From contig CAZPBC010000002.1 of assembly GCA_964584775.1 (NCBI GenBank), positions 19,627-83,626 on the forward strand: a stretch of 64,000 nt of DNA, read 5' to 3'. Shown one piece after another: positions 1 through 10,315 of the stretch (the stretch's first letter is position 1; every line of letters begins with the position of its first letter). The position numbers were made by a program, and so were the translations under genes. The DNA is from an uncultured bacterium. GTDB lineage: Bacteria; Chlamydiota; Chlamydiia; Chlamydiales; SLFE01. A model generated the notes under the pieces. The model was given only the letters and a program-made list of their open reading frames with translations. It ran no database searches and had not been told where the DNA came from.

Positions 1-164
1 ACCCCTTTCATCGTGAGAATGTCAAATGCGATATGTCTTTCCCCTTTGAACCTTTCCCCTTTGAACAAGGTGAAGGTCTAGAAAAAACCCTCTTGTTCAA
101 CAGCTGGCGCTTTATGATCCAAGAGGGCAAGTATCGGATTCTTTCTTTTGAAATCGAAAGTTAA
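1..164 (+). CDS. 3' end of an ORF entering from the left (last 53 aa: PFHRENVKCDMSFPFEPFPFEQGEGLEKTLLFNSWRFMIQEGKYRILSFEIES*); function unknown
   Basis: By manual translation, frame 3 is open from base 3 to the TAA at 162-164. It is absent from the ORF track because it has no start inside the window. It has a 4-nt convergent overlap with the next gene. Confidence 0.35.
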   Translation, partial: PFHRENVKCDMSFPFEPFPFEQGEGLEKTLLFNSWRFMIQEGKYRILSFEIES

Positions 165-1522
165 GCAGCGGGTGGCACCGTCACGGGTTTAATATCGTGA
201 GGTTTTCGATCAAAAACCTTATGGAACCAGGCCGAGGAGCTACGCCAAAGATGGATGATCTCCTTCTCTACTGCGTGGTAAGCGTGCTTGATTTTATCCC
301 CAATCTCACCACGGTGTTCCCATAGGTAACTCACAAACTCTTCAGTCTTATAAGCCGCGTATCCAGCAGCGACAAGACCGACTGCCGCAAGTGCAATCCA
401 ACCCAGTACGGGTGAGCACATGAGAATCGCGCTTCCCAGAAGTGCATTTCCTCCAAGAGCCATCGCCGCTGTATTGACGGCAACCGCTCCAACAGCCGCC
501 GTCGAACCAAGAGCAATGGTCCCGACAGCAAACCCTGCAGACTTGGACAAGAAAGTCCCGACAGCAGCATCACGACCTCCGCGCTTTGCAGCCTCGTAAG
601 TATCAATCCCGATCACAGCTGGGCTAATCAGATATTTACCCGCAAAACCAGCAGCTTTACCTGCCCAACCCAAACTTTTTCCGGTCGCCGTTAGGAATCG
701 AACGACTCGACGGAGACGCGGTAAGCCTGTACGTTTGAGGAGATCGAAGTTCGACATCAGTAATTTTCCGCCTCGCACAGCCTTTCTAGCCAGTGATCCT
801 CGCAGAGCTTCTATTTCCTTAGAAGCGAATCCTTTTTTTCGCAGATATTTTTGCACGATCGTACTCATCTTTTTCGGGAGAAGAATACGGATCTCTTGCT
901 GAACCTTTGAGAGTTGACTTTGGATCTGTCTGATCCTCATCATAGGAGGCATTCTAGATGTTTCTAGGATGTGCAACTCGCGACTCAACACATCTCTTCT
1001 CATCATCGCTTCATAGAGTTGGTCTAGTTGTCTTCTGAGAGGAGCGTACTTTTTGAGTGCAATGTTACTGAGGTTCGCTCCCCATTCAGCTGTATTACCA
1101 AACATATCAAGTAGCGAAGCTCCTGGAACTGATTGATTAACAGCATCGAAAGGAGTCTTGATCAATGGACTATCCCATGCATTTGCAAAGTCTTTTGCAT
1201 AGTCATGAAACTCTTCCATTAGATGATCCATGGCGATCTGAGCAACAACATCTTGTTTTTCAGACTGCATGCTATGGAGCACTTGACGCTCTGTCTCCCC
1301 ATAACTAGCCATCTCTTTCACACACATCCGCAGGTCATCTGCATCTTGACTGTCGAAAGTTCTTGGGAGCAAAACCGGAGTATAAGAGGGTAAAGTATCT
1401 GGGGCACCACAATGGGGGTTGAGAGTCTCAAACTCCTTCTTAAACTCTCCAAAACTTCCGCTGTACTCACTCTCTCTCATTAAAAATGAAAGAGTCTCTT
1501 GTTCACCTGAAATGTATGTCAT
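161..1522 (-). CDS. Hypothetical protein with a C-terminal Gly/Ala-rich hydrophobic hairpin (effector- or Inc-like)
   Basis: 453-aa ORF with no N-terminal signal peptide. Residues ~290-395 are uncharged and G/A/V/L-rich (AGFAVGTIALGSTAAVGAVAVNTAAMALGGNALLGSAILMCSPVLGWIALAAVGLVAAGYAAY). No enzymatic motif recognised. Confidence 0.7.
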   Translation of the reverse strand: MTYISGEQETLSFLMRESEYSGSFGEFKKEFETLNPHCGAPDTLPSYTPVLLPRTFDSQDADDLRMCVKEMASYGETERQVLHSMQSEKQDVVAQIAMDHLMEEFHDYAKDFANAWDSPLIKTPFDAVNQSVPGASLLDMFGNTAEWGANLSNIALKKYAPLRRQLDQLYEAMMRRDVLSRELHILETSRMPPMMRIRQIQSQLSKVQQEIRILLPKKMSTIVQKYLRKKGFASKEIEALRGSLARKAVRGGKLLMSNFDLLKRTGLPRLRRVVRFLTATGKSLGWAGKAAGFAGKYLISPAVIGIDTYEAAKRGGRDAAVGTFLSKSAGFAVGTIALGSTAAVGAVAVNTAAMALGGNALLGSAILMCSPVLGWIALAAVGLVAAGYAAYKTEEFVSYLWEHRGEIGDKIKHAYHAVEKEIIHLWRSSSAWFHKVFDRKPHDIKPVTVPPAA

Positions 1523-1648
1523 GAGCTTCCCTCCTATTTCGGTTCACACCTATGTTAAACCTAACAAAATTTTTTAGCAAAAAAAATTTGATCTTCGCAG
1601 AAAACGTTGGTATATTTGTTAGCGAAGAATTCTAACCTTGGAATTTAA

Positions 1649-2254
1649 ATGAGTCGTACATCAGCTGTTACTCAGTGGTTAAGACCAAAGCTAGCCATCC
1701 AGCACCTATTGAAGAGCCCATCCCTTACACGCATCCACTTCTATATGTTAGCGGGTGTCTCTTTCGCCTTGGTCCTACAGCTCGCCCTCTTTTTCTCCTC
1801 AATACAAGAGCTACGCCCCTTCCCTTTTAGCTCAGCAGAACTCAGCAGAACCATTGCAATCGGATACCTCTTTGTTTTTGCTGCCTCTTATGGGGTTTTG
1901 CAGCTCATCACCCTCCTCTTTTGGAAAATCGCCCGAAGCTTCTCTGGGAAAGGAGGACTCAAAGAGACTCGCCTCGCTCTCACCTGGTGGCTCGTCTGTA
2001 CTGCACCACTGGGATTCTTATTTTTGATCTTTGTTTTTTCTCTGGATCATCCAGCTCTGATGCAGTACGGATTCTTTCATCTGGCTTTATTCGCTGTGCC
2101 GGTCATCGTCTTTTACGGACTAGCAGTGCTGCTACGGGGCATTGCTGAAGCCCACCAGCTTTCTCTTTGGCGCTCCCTCATCGTCTGCCTGCTCTCAGGA
2201 CTCACGCTTTTTGTAATACTCTACCTCATAACGATAGGCCTCAACACACTGTAA
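1649..2254 (+). CDS. Polytopic inner-membrane protein, function unknown
   Basis: 201-aa ORF with about 5 hydrophobic helices (FYMLAGVSFALVLQLALFF, LTWWLVCTAPLGFLFLIFVF, LIVCLLSGLTLFVILYLITIGL). Confidence 0.7.
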   Translation: MSRTSAVTQWLRPKLAIQHLLKSPSLTRIHFYMLAGVSFALVLQLALFFSSIQELRPFPFSSAELSRTIAIGYLFVFAASYGVLQLITLLFWKIARSFSGKGGLKETRLALTWWLVCTAPLGFLFLIFVFSLDHPALMQYGFFHLALFAVPVIVFYGLAVLLRGIAEAHQLSLWRSLIVCLLSGLTLFVILYLITIGLNTL

Positions 2255-2295
2255 AGAATACACCAAGGGAGTTCGAGAGAGGACACCTTTCTTAT

Positions 2296-2820
2296 GTGAT
2301 CCACCGTGAAGACGGTGGCTATGCCGATGCAAGTTGGTTTTACGAGGTCGTACCTGAACTCGAAGCACTTGTAGCGGATCCCGGTATCGGACATCTCTTT
2401 GGGAAAAGATTCAACAGAACCATGAACGAAATAGGTTCAGGCAAATTGAAGTTATCAACCATTTTTTTTGAAAAATATGTTCCTGGCATCGATGGAATAA
2501 GCATGACCTGCTTTAAAGTTTCTCTTCCTCGTAAGGGAGCAGGTGAGAGGTGGGTCTCAAGAAATAACCCCGCTTATGAAGTCAGACTGAGTGTTGCTAA
2601 ACCCCAAGGACAGGATGGACAAAGGGTTGAGTATGTTTCACACACTGAATTAGACGAGGAGGGACAGCCGATTTTTGCCACATGGAATCCTAATTCTAGT
2701 GCTAAAGGATTTGATCAATTGATGACTCAAGAATATACTCATATCCCTTGGGAACAATATGACTTTCAAAAATTTAGCCTCAACATGCCGCTATGCCAAT
2801 GTCGAAACCAAAAATCTTAG
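2296..2820 (+). CDS. Hypothetical protein (start uncertain)
   Basis: The ORF is open from 2167, but its first 88 nt overlap the preceding gene. The in-frame GTG at 2296 (..YVIHREDGG..) is the first start clear of the upstream stop. No family recognised. Confidence 0.5.
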   Translation: MIHREDGGYADASWFYEVVPELEALVADPGIGHLFGKRFNRTMNEIGSGKLKLSTIFFEKYVPGIDGISMTCFKVSLPRKGAGERWVSRNNPAYEVRLSVAKPQGQDGQRVEYVSHTELDEEGQPIFATWNPNSSAKGFDQLMTQEYTHIPWEQYDFQKFSLNMPLCQCRNQKS

Positions 2821-3197
2821 GCTTCATAAATAGTCTAATCTTAAATGCGACTAGAATCTTAAAGGATGAAGAGTATCAACGCCGGATCTGGTTTAAGCAT
2901 GAAGGGCCAGAAGTCAGCAGCTACACAGAGACCAACGTCTACTTTCTAAACACCTGTGAAAAAATTTTTCAGGACACCGCCGCTGAAGAACAGTTAGGTG
3001 AAGAAACTTATGGAATGCTCAAAAAGCTCTATCAGCTTGTCGATGAGCATTTTGAATCAGTCGATGAGCGGATCGACTCCGATCTCATACAAGAAGACGA
3101 ACTACTCAATGATCCCCATTGGCATGACATCCAAACACTGGCAGAAAAATTAGAAGAAAAGCTCGAAGAATTTGTAATGAGGCATACCGATGAATAA
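2793..3197 (+). CDS. Hypothetical acidic helical protein
   Basis: 134-aa ORF with a 28-nt overlap on the upstream ORF. The C-terminal half is very acidic (EKLEEKLEEFVMRHTDE). No family recognised. Confidence 0.55.
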   Translation: MPMSKPKILGFINSLILNATRILKDEEYQRRIWFKHEGPEVSSYTETNVYFLNTCEKIFQDTAAEEQLGEETYGMLKKLYQLVDEHFESVDERIDSDLIQEDELLNDPHWHDIQTLAEKLEEKLEEFVMRHTDE

Positions 3198-3233
3198 ACT
3201 TACAACTCATTCCTTAATCGAGAAAAATTCAGC

Positions 3234-4017
<784 letters not shown>

Positions 4018-4031
<14 letters not shown>

Positions 4032-4995
4032 AGAGCCAGCACCTCGTTCTTTGGTTAGAGGGAAGGGAGATGAGATCGACGTCGCCGGCCTTGCACTTCT
4101 CCATCGTATGCGAGCAGCGAGGGTGGAAGCGGCAGCCGTCGGGCATCTCCTTGAGGTGTGGGACAGCTCCAGGAATGACAGCTAGCCTCTCTTTAGGCTT
4201 GCGGCTCTGCGGGAGGCAGGCAAAAAGCGCTTCTGTATAAGGATGAGAGAGTGTCTCAAAGACCACATCGACCGGACCACTCTGCATCTCCTTGCCTCCG
4301 TAAAGAACCACCACATCATCAGCGTAATTTTTCACCACACCCATGTCATGGGTGATGAGAAGGATGGCCATCCCACACTTTTGTTGAAGCTCTTGCATCA
4401 GATCCAGAATCTGCTTCTGTATTGTCACGTCGAGGGCAGTGGTCGGTTCATCCGCAATCAAAATGTCGGGCTCGTTTAAAAGGCAGCTCGCAATCATCAC
4501 CCGCTGCTTCATCCCTCCAGAAAGCTGGTGAGGATAGCTCTCAAACACACGGTCGACCTCCGGAATCCCCACCTCATCGAGCGCCTCTTTTGCTTTTTTC
4601 AGAGCGGCTTCTTCATCGAGATCGGTGTGAGCAAAGAGCACCTCAAGCAGCTGCTCCCCGACAGAATAGACAGGATTGAGACAGCTCATGGGATCTTGAA
4701 AGATCATCGAAATCTTCGATCCGCGGATTTTTCTGAGCTCTCTTTCAGAAAGGGTGAGTAAATTTTTCCCTTGATACAGCACCTCTCCCTCAGGAGGTAG
4801 AGCTGGTGGGGTAGGCAAAATTCTCAATAAACTGAGAGCCGTCATCGACTTGCCCGACCCCGACTCTCCAACCAAAGCAAGGGTTTTGCCTTTCTTCAGA
4901 GAGAAGGAGAGGTCTGAGACCACCGGATAGCTCTTTTTGCCCAGCTGAAACCGGGTCGTCAAGTGCGAAACTGTTAAAATTTCTTCCATTTTCAC
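4018..4995 (-). CDS. oppD: Oligopeptide/dipeptide ABC transporter ATP-binding protein (D-type)
   Basis: Walker A GESGSGKSM, signature LSGGMKQR, Walker B ILIADEPTTALD, and a C-terminal Opp-type extension containing CRFHPRC. Confidence 0.9.
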
Positions 4996-5033
4996 TAAAG
5001 ATAAGGGTGAAACGGGCTTTGACTCTACAGAAA

Positions 5034-5070
5034 GTTACACTTTTTGTAACTTTCTGTAGACCATTCCTAG
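5034..5070. promoter_or_regulatory. Perfect 16-bp inverted repeat (candidate operator) in the divergent oppD / mscS intergenic region
   Basis: TCTACAGAAAGTTACA-cttt t-TGTAACTTTCTGTAGA read directly from 5034-5070. Both flanking genes diverge from it, so it cannot be a terminator. Confidence 0.4.
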
Positions 5071-5112
5071 ATATACTTGTAAGAAACTCTCTCCTTCAGA
5101 GAGAATATTGTA

Positions 5113-6168
5113 ATGCCAGAAGATATGAATTCCATGACAGACCTATTTCTCTCAGCAGGAAGCCTCTTTTTGTTGACCTTACTCCTTTCTGTCGGGGTAA
5201 GAATTTTTCTCAATTTGATTCTTCGGAGAGAAAAAAACTTCGTCGGTGCAAAAACTCTTGCCCAAACCTCTTCACGGTGGCTCCAGTGGATTCTTTGGGT
5301 CTCTTTCCTCTTCGTTCTACTTAAACCATTAGGAGAAGAGTACTTAACCCTTCCTTTTGGATTGACCTTTACCCAGTTTTTTGAGCTTTTCCTTGCTGTC
5401 GCTTTTTTCGGGTTGCTTTGGCGCTGGAAGACAGCCTACTTCAAAGTTCTCCTTTCTCATGAAAAGGTGAGAGAAAAAATCTCACTGCTAGAGCTTCTCT
5501 CCAAATTAACCACAGTTTTGATTGGGCTGCTTTTTTTGATCTCCCTTATGGAGATCTTACACGTCCCGATCACTGCTATCTACGCTTTAAGCGGTATTGG
5601 AGGTATCGCCATCAGCTTTGCGGCAAGTGATGTCATTAAAAACCTTTTTGGAGGGATTGTGATTCACATCAACCGCTACTTCACTGTAGGCGATTGGATC
5701 ACTTCCCCAAACAAAAACTTCCAGGGAGTCGTTCTCGACACAGGATGGTACCTTACCACGATTCGTACAAAAACAGGCCGTCCACTATACATTCCCAACG
5801 GGTTATTGTCGGACGCAATGATTGAAAATCAAGCACATACAGAGCATAGACGCTTCGATCAGAATCTCTCCATAAAATATGACAATTTTGACCGTTTAAA
5901 AGCTTCCTTACAAAAACTGCGGAACTTGGTAGAGACACACCCAGCCGTCGATAAGAAGAAATCGATCATGGTGCACTTTGTTGAGTATGGAACATCTTCG
6001 CTTGAACTTTCTGTAATCTGTTACACACGCTCTTCTACAATCACAGACTTTCGACGAGATCAAGAAGAGTTGCTTTTCCAATTAGGAGACCTTCTTAAAG
6101 CGCAAGGACTCGAGTTTGCCTACCCCACTCAAACCCTCTATGTGAACAAAGAAGGAGGTGCCTCATGA
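5113..6168 (+). CDS. Small-conductance mechanosensitive channel (MscS family)
   Basis: 351 aa with N-terminal TM helices followed by the MscS core GGIAISFAASDVIKNLFGGIVIHINRYFTVGDWI. Confidence 0.88.
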   Translation: MPEDMNSMTDLFLSAGSLFLLTLLLSVGVRIFLNLILRREKNFVGAKTLAQTSSRWLQWILWVSFLFVLLKPLGEEYLTLPFGLTFTQFFELFLAVAFFGLLWRWKTAYFKVLLSHEKVREKISLLELLSKLTTVLIGLLFLISLMEILHVPITAIYALSGIGGIAISFAASDVIKNLFGGIVIHINRYFTVGDWITSPNKNFQGVVLDTGWYLTTIRTKTGRPLYIPNGLLSDAMIENQAHTEHRRFDQNLSIKYDNFDRLKASLQKLRNLVETHPAVDKKKSIMVHFVEYGTSSLELSVICYTRSSTITDFRRDQEELLFQLGDLLKAQGLEFAYPTQTLYVNKEGGAS

Positions 6169-7238
6169 AAAAAGTGATTGTGACGAGCTTACTCGTCATC
6201 GCCTCGGTTGTCTCTCTCTACACTCTTCCACATATGTTGAAGAGCCGCGACCTCGACCCTGACCTTTTGGCGGGAATGACAGATGGACTGATCGAGCGCG
6301 TGATCCCCGTCCACATTCCAGAGGCAGCAAACGCATACAACCCCGGCTTTATCCGCTTTAAAGACCACTACCTCCTCGCCTTCCGTTACGACTACCCTCC
6401 AAAAATTTCGCTCGAGCGCCTTCAAAAAGAGACCACTCCCTACCTAGGCATTGTCGAGCTGGATGTCAATTTCAAACCGATCAGGAAATTCCAGCTTCTC
6501 AACACCCGACCAGACAACCCCCACGTCCCCCAACAAGCCGAAGACCCACGTCTGGTCCGTGTTGCTGATAAAATTTACCTCTTCTTCAACGACAACCAGA
6601 AGGGAACCCGCTACGGTGAGAGACAGATCTACTTCGCTGAAGTCTTTCAAGATGACACCCGCTTTTTTCTAGGTCCCATTCGCAAAGTGGACCCTCCACA
6701 CCGCAAAGCCTCCTATGAAAAAAACTGGATGCCTTTCGCTTACCGAGGCGATCTCTACGTCGTCTATATGGTCGATCCCCATACCATCTTCAAAATCAAT
6801 CCCAATAACGGTGAAGTGGAAGAGTTTTACAACACCACTTACGGGTACCAGTGGGACTATGGTCCTCTTCGAGGGGGAACACAGGCGGTCGAGCTTCCAG
6901 AAGAGGGAGAGTACATCGCCTTCACCCACTCTTCACTCTCGGCAAGACCGACCTGGCTCAAACGTCGGATTGGGATGGTCTACTTCATGGGAGCCTACAC
7001 CTTTGAAAACCAGCCTCCCTTCCACGTCAAGCGCCTCAGCCCAGCACCCATCACAGACAAGAGCTTCTACGTCTCCAAAAACCGCAGGAAGGTGATTTTT
7101 CCAAGCGGAGTGGTCCACAACGGAAACAAGCTCTATGTGGCATTTGGGCAGAACGACAGCTACATGAACATCGCTGTCATCGACAAGAAAAAGCTTTTAC
7201 AAACGCTCAAGCCGGTTGAAGCAAAAGAGAGCGAATGA
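6165..7238 (+). CDS. Signal-anchored protein resembling the DUF377/GH130-type beta-propeller glycosidase/phosphorylase family
   Basis: 357 aa with an N-terminal anchor (VIVTSLLVIASVVSLY). Motifs EDPRLV, EKNWMPF and VAFGQNDSYMNIAVID. ATGA start/stop overlaps with both neighbours. The functional call is low confidence; the coding call is high. Confidence 0.6.
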   Translation: MKKVIVTSLLVIASVVSLYTLPHMLKSRDLDPDLLAGMTDGLIERVIPVHIPEAANAYNPGFIRFKDHYLLAFRYDYPPKISLERLQKETTPYLGIVELDVNFKPIRKFQLLNTRPDNPHVPQQAEDPRLVRVADKIYLFFNDNQKGTRYGERQIYFAEVFQDDTRFFLGPIRKVDPPHRKASYEKNWMPFAYRGDLYVVYMVDPHTIFKINPNNGEVEEFYNTTYGYQWDYGPLRGGTQAVELPEEGEYIAFTHSSLSARPTWLKRRIGMVYFMGAYTFENQPPFHVKRLSPAPITDKSFYVSKNRRKVIFPSGVVHNGNKLYVAFGQNDSYMNIAVIDKKKLLQTLKPVEAKESE

Positions 7239-7897
7239 CTCTACATTTTCTCGAGTTTGAGCAGCTGAAGGCAGAAAAAGGCATCAAAGCCGGCGTTGCC
7301 TATAGACAGCCTCCACAAGAGATGGAGTCGATTTGGGAAGCTTTCTGCCCAGAGGCGAAAGGTGCCCATGTCCGTCAAGTCCATGGAGACCGTGTCGTCG
7401 TCGCTCAAGCAGATGAGGCTCCCGAGGCGGACGGGCTCATGACAAACGAACCGCAACTCTGTCTCACGATTAAACACGCGGACTGCCAACCTGCCATCTT
7501 CTACGACCCCACTCTCAAGGTGCTCGCGAGTGTCCACTCTGGCTGGAGAGGATCGGTCCAGAACATCTATCACAAGACCGTCGAGCAGATGAAACAAACT
7601 TACGGTGTGAAACCTGAAAACCTCCTCGTCTCGATCGGCCCAAGCCTGGGGCCGGAGAAAGCAGAGTTCATCCACTACAAAACGGAGCTTCCCGAGTCCT
7701 TTTGGAAGCACCAAACAGCTCTCAACCACTTTGACTTTTGGGCTATCAGCCGTGAACAGCTCACCCAGGCCGGAGTGCTCGACCATCATATCGAGATTTT
7801 GGGGCTCTGCACCTACTCGGATAAAGAGAACTTCTACTCATACCGACGCGACAAAACCCGCCTTCGACACTATACATTAGCAGCCCTGCTTCCATAG
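7235..7897 (+). CDS. pgeF: Peptidoglycan editing factor PgeF / YfiH (DUF152 laccase-domain protein)
   Basis: Motifs ADGLMT, HADCQPAIFYD, HSGWRGS, CTYS..FYSYRRD. Confidence 0.85.
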   Translation: MTLHFLEFEQLKAEKGIKAGVAYRQPPQEMESIWEAFCPEAKGAHVRQVHGDRVVVAQADEAPEADGLMTNEPQLCLTIKHADCQPAIFYDPTLKVLASVHSGWRGSVQNIYHKTVEQMKQTYGVKPENLLVSIGPSLGPEKAEFIHYKTELPESFWKHQTALNHFDFWAISREQLTQAGVLDHHIEILGLCTYSDKENFYSYRRDKTRLRHYTLAALLP

Positions 7898-7937
7898 TGC
7901 TAAATCCTTGACGGAAAAGGATTCTGAGCACTACAAT
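7877..7937 (+). promoter_or_regulatory. CIRCE-like inverted repeat plus a sigma70-like promoter upstream of groES
   Basis: TTAGCAgcC-N9-tAGTGCTAA at 7877-7903 (consensus TTAGCACTC-N9-GAGTGCTAA), overlapping the pgeF stop. TTGACG at 7908-7913, an 18-nt spacer, then TACAAT at 7932-7937. An extra half-site TGAGCACT sits at 7925-7932. Confidence 0.4.
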
Positions 7938-7969
7938 TTTGCTGTATTTTTTAAAGAAAAGGAGCCCTT

Positions 7970-8260
7970 ATGACAAAATTTAAGCCCCTCGGAAACCGAG
8001 TTTTAATCCGTCGTTCAAAAGCGATCGCCACCAAAGGTGGAATCCTCCTTCCCGAATCTGCACAAGAGAAGCCAAAACAGGGTGAAATCATCGCTGCGGG
8101 TCCTGGAGCAGAGGACAAAAATGGCAAGATCCAACCTCTTTCAGTCAAAGTGGGCGATAAAGTCCTCTTCAGCTCCTACGCAGGAACAGAGGTCAAGTCG
8201 AATGATGACGAAGAACTCATGATCCTCAAAGAAGATGAAATCCTCGGTATCCTTACTTAA
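7970..8260 (+). CDS. groES: Co-chaperonin GroES
   Basis: 96 aa; KPLGNRVLIRR..TKGGILLPESAQEKPKQGEIIAAGPG. Confidence 0.95.
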   Translation: MTKFKPLGNRVLIRRSKAIATKGGILLPESAQEKPKQGEIIAAGPGAEDKNGKIQPLSVKVGDKVLFSSYAGTEVKSNDDEELMILKEDEILGILT

Positions 8261-9990
<1,730 letters not shown>

Positions 9991-9991
<1 letters not shown>

Positions 9992-10194
9992 TGCCCACCT
10001 ACGACTACCACTGCACCCAGTGTCAATACAACTCTGAGGAGCTGCAAAAAATCACCGCAGCTCCTCTCACTCTTTGCCCTTCTTGCGGAGAGTCGACCTA
10101 CAAACGTCAAATCGGAGCCGGCCTACAGCCCCACTTCTCCGGCAGCGGCTTCTACTGCACCGACTACAGCTCTTTAAAGAGCTCCGATGAGTAA
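9991..10194 (+). CDS. FmdB-family zinc-ribbon protein
   Basis: 67 aa. The GTG start overlaps the groEL stop (TAGTG). MPTYDYHCTQC...CPSCGE is the CxxC..CxxC ribbon typical of the FmdB family. Confidence 0.75.
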
Positions 10195-10244
10195 ATCCCA
10201 AGTGTATTAAAATCAATCATCTAAGTCGATTTTTTTCTATATTT

Positions 10245-10308
10245 GACTATTTATTATATAGGTGTGAGAATAGTCACGACTATTTTCACATACATGTGGT
10301 AAATAGTC
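10245..10308. repeat. Nested inverted repeats built from four GACTATTT/AAATAGTC motifs (likely a bidirectional terminator region)
   Basis: GACTATTTA 10245-10253, AATAGTC 10269-10275, GACTATTTT 10278-10286, AAATAGTC 10301-10308. Lies in a convergent intergenic region. Confidence 0.4.
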
Positions 10309-10315
10309 GAGCTCA

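Noticed and set aside
2167-2295. ATG at 2167 as the start of the 217-aa ORF
   Set aside because: It would overlap the preceding membrane-protein gene by 88 nt. A downstream GTG (2296) is more plausible, though the true start remains uncertain.
7241-7789. 182-aa minus-strand ORF opposite pgeF
   Set aside because: The plus-strand frame carries all YfiH/PgeF motifs and is coupled to its neighbours by ATGA overlaps. The antisense ORF has no recognisable features.
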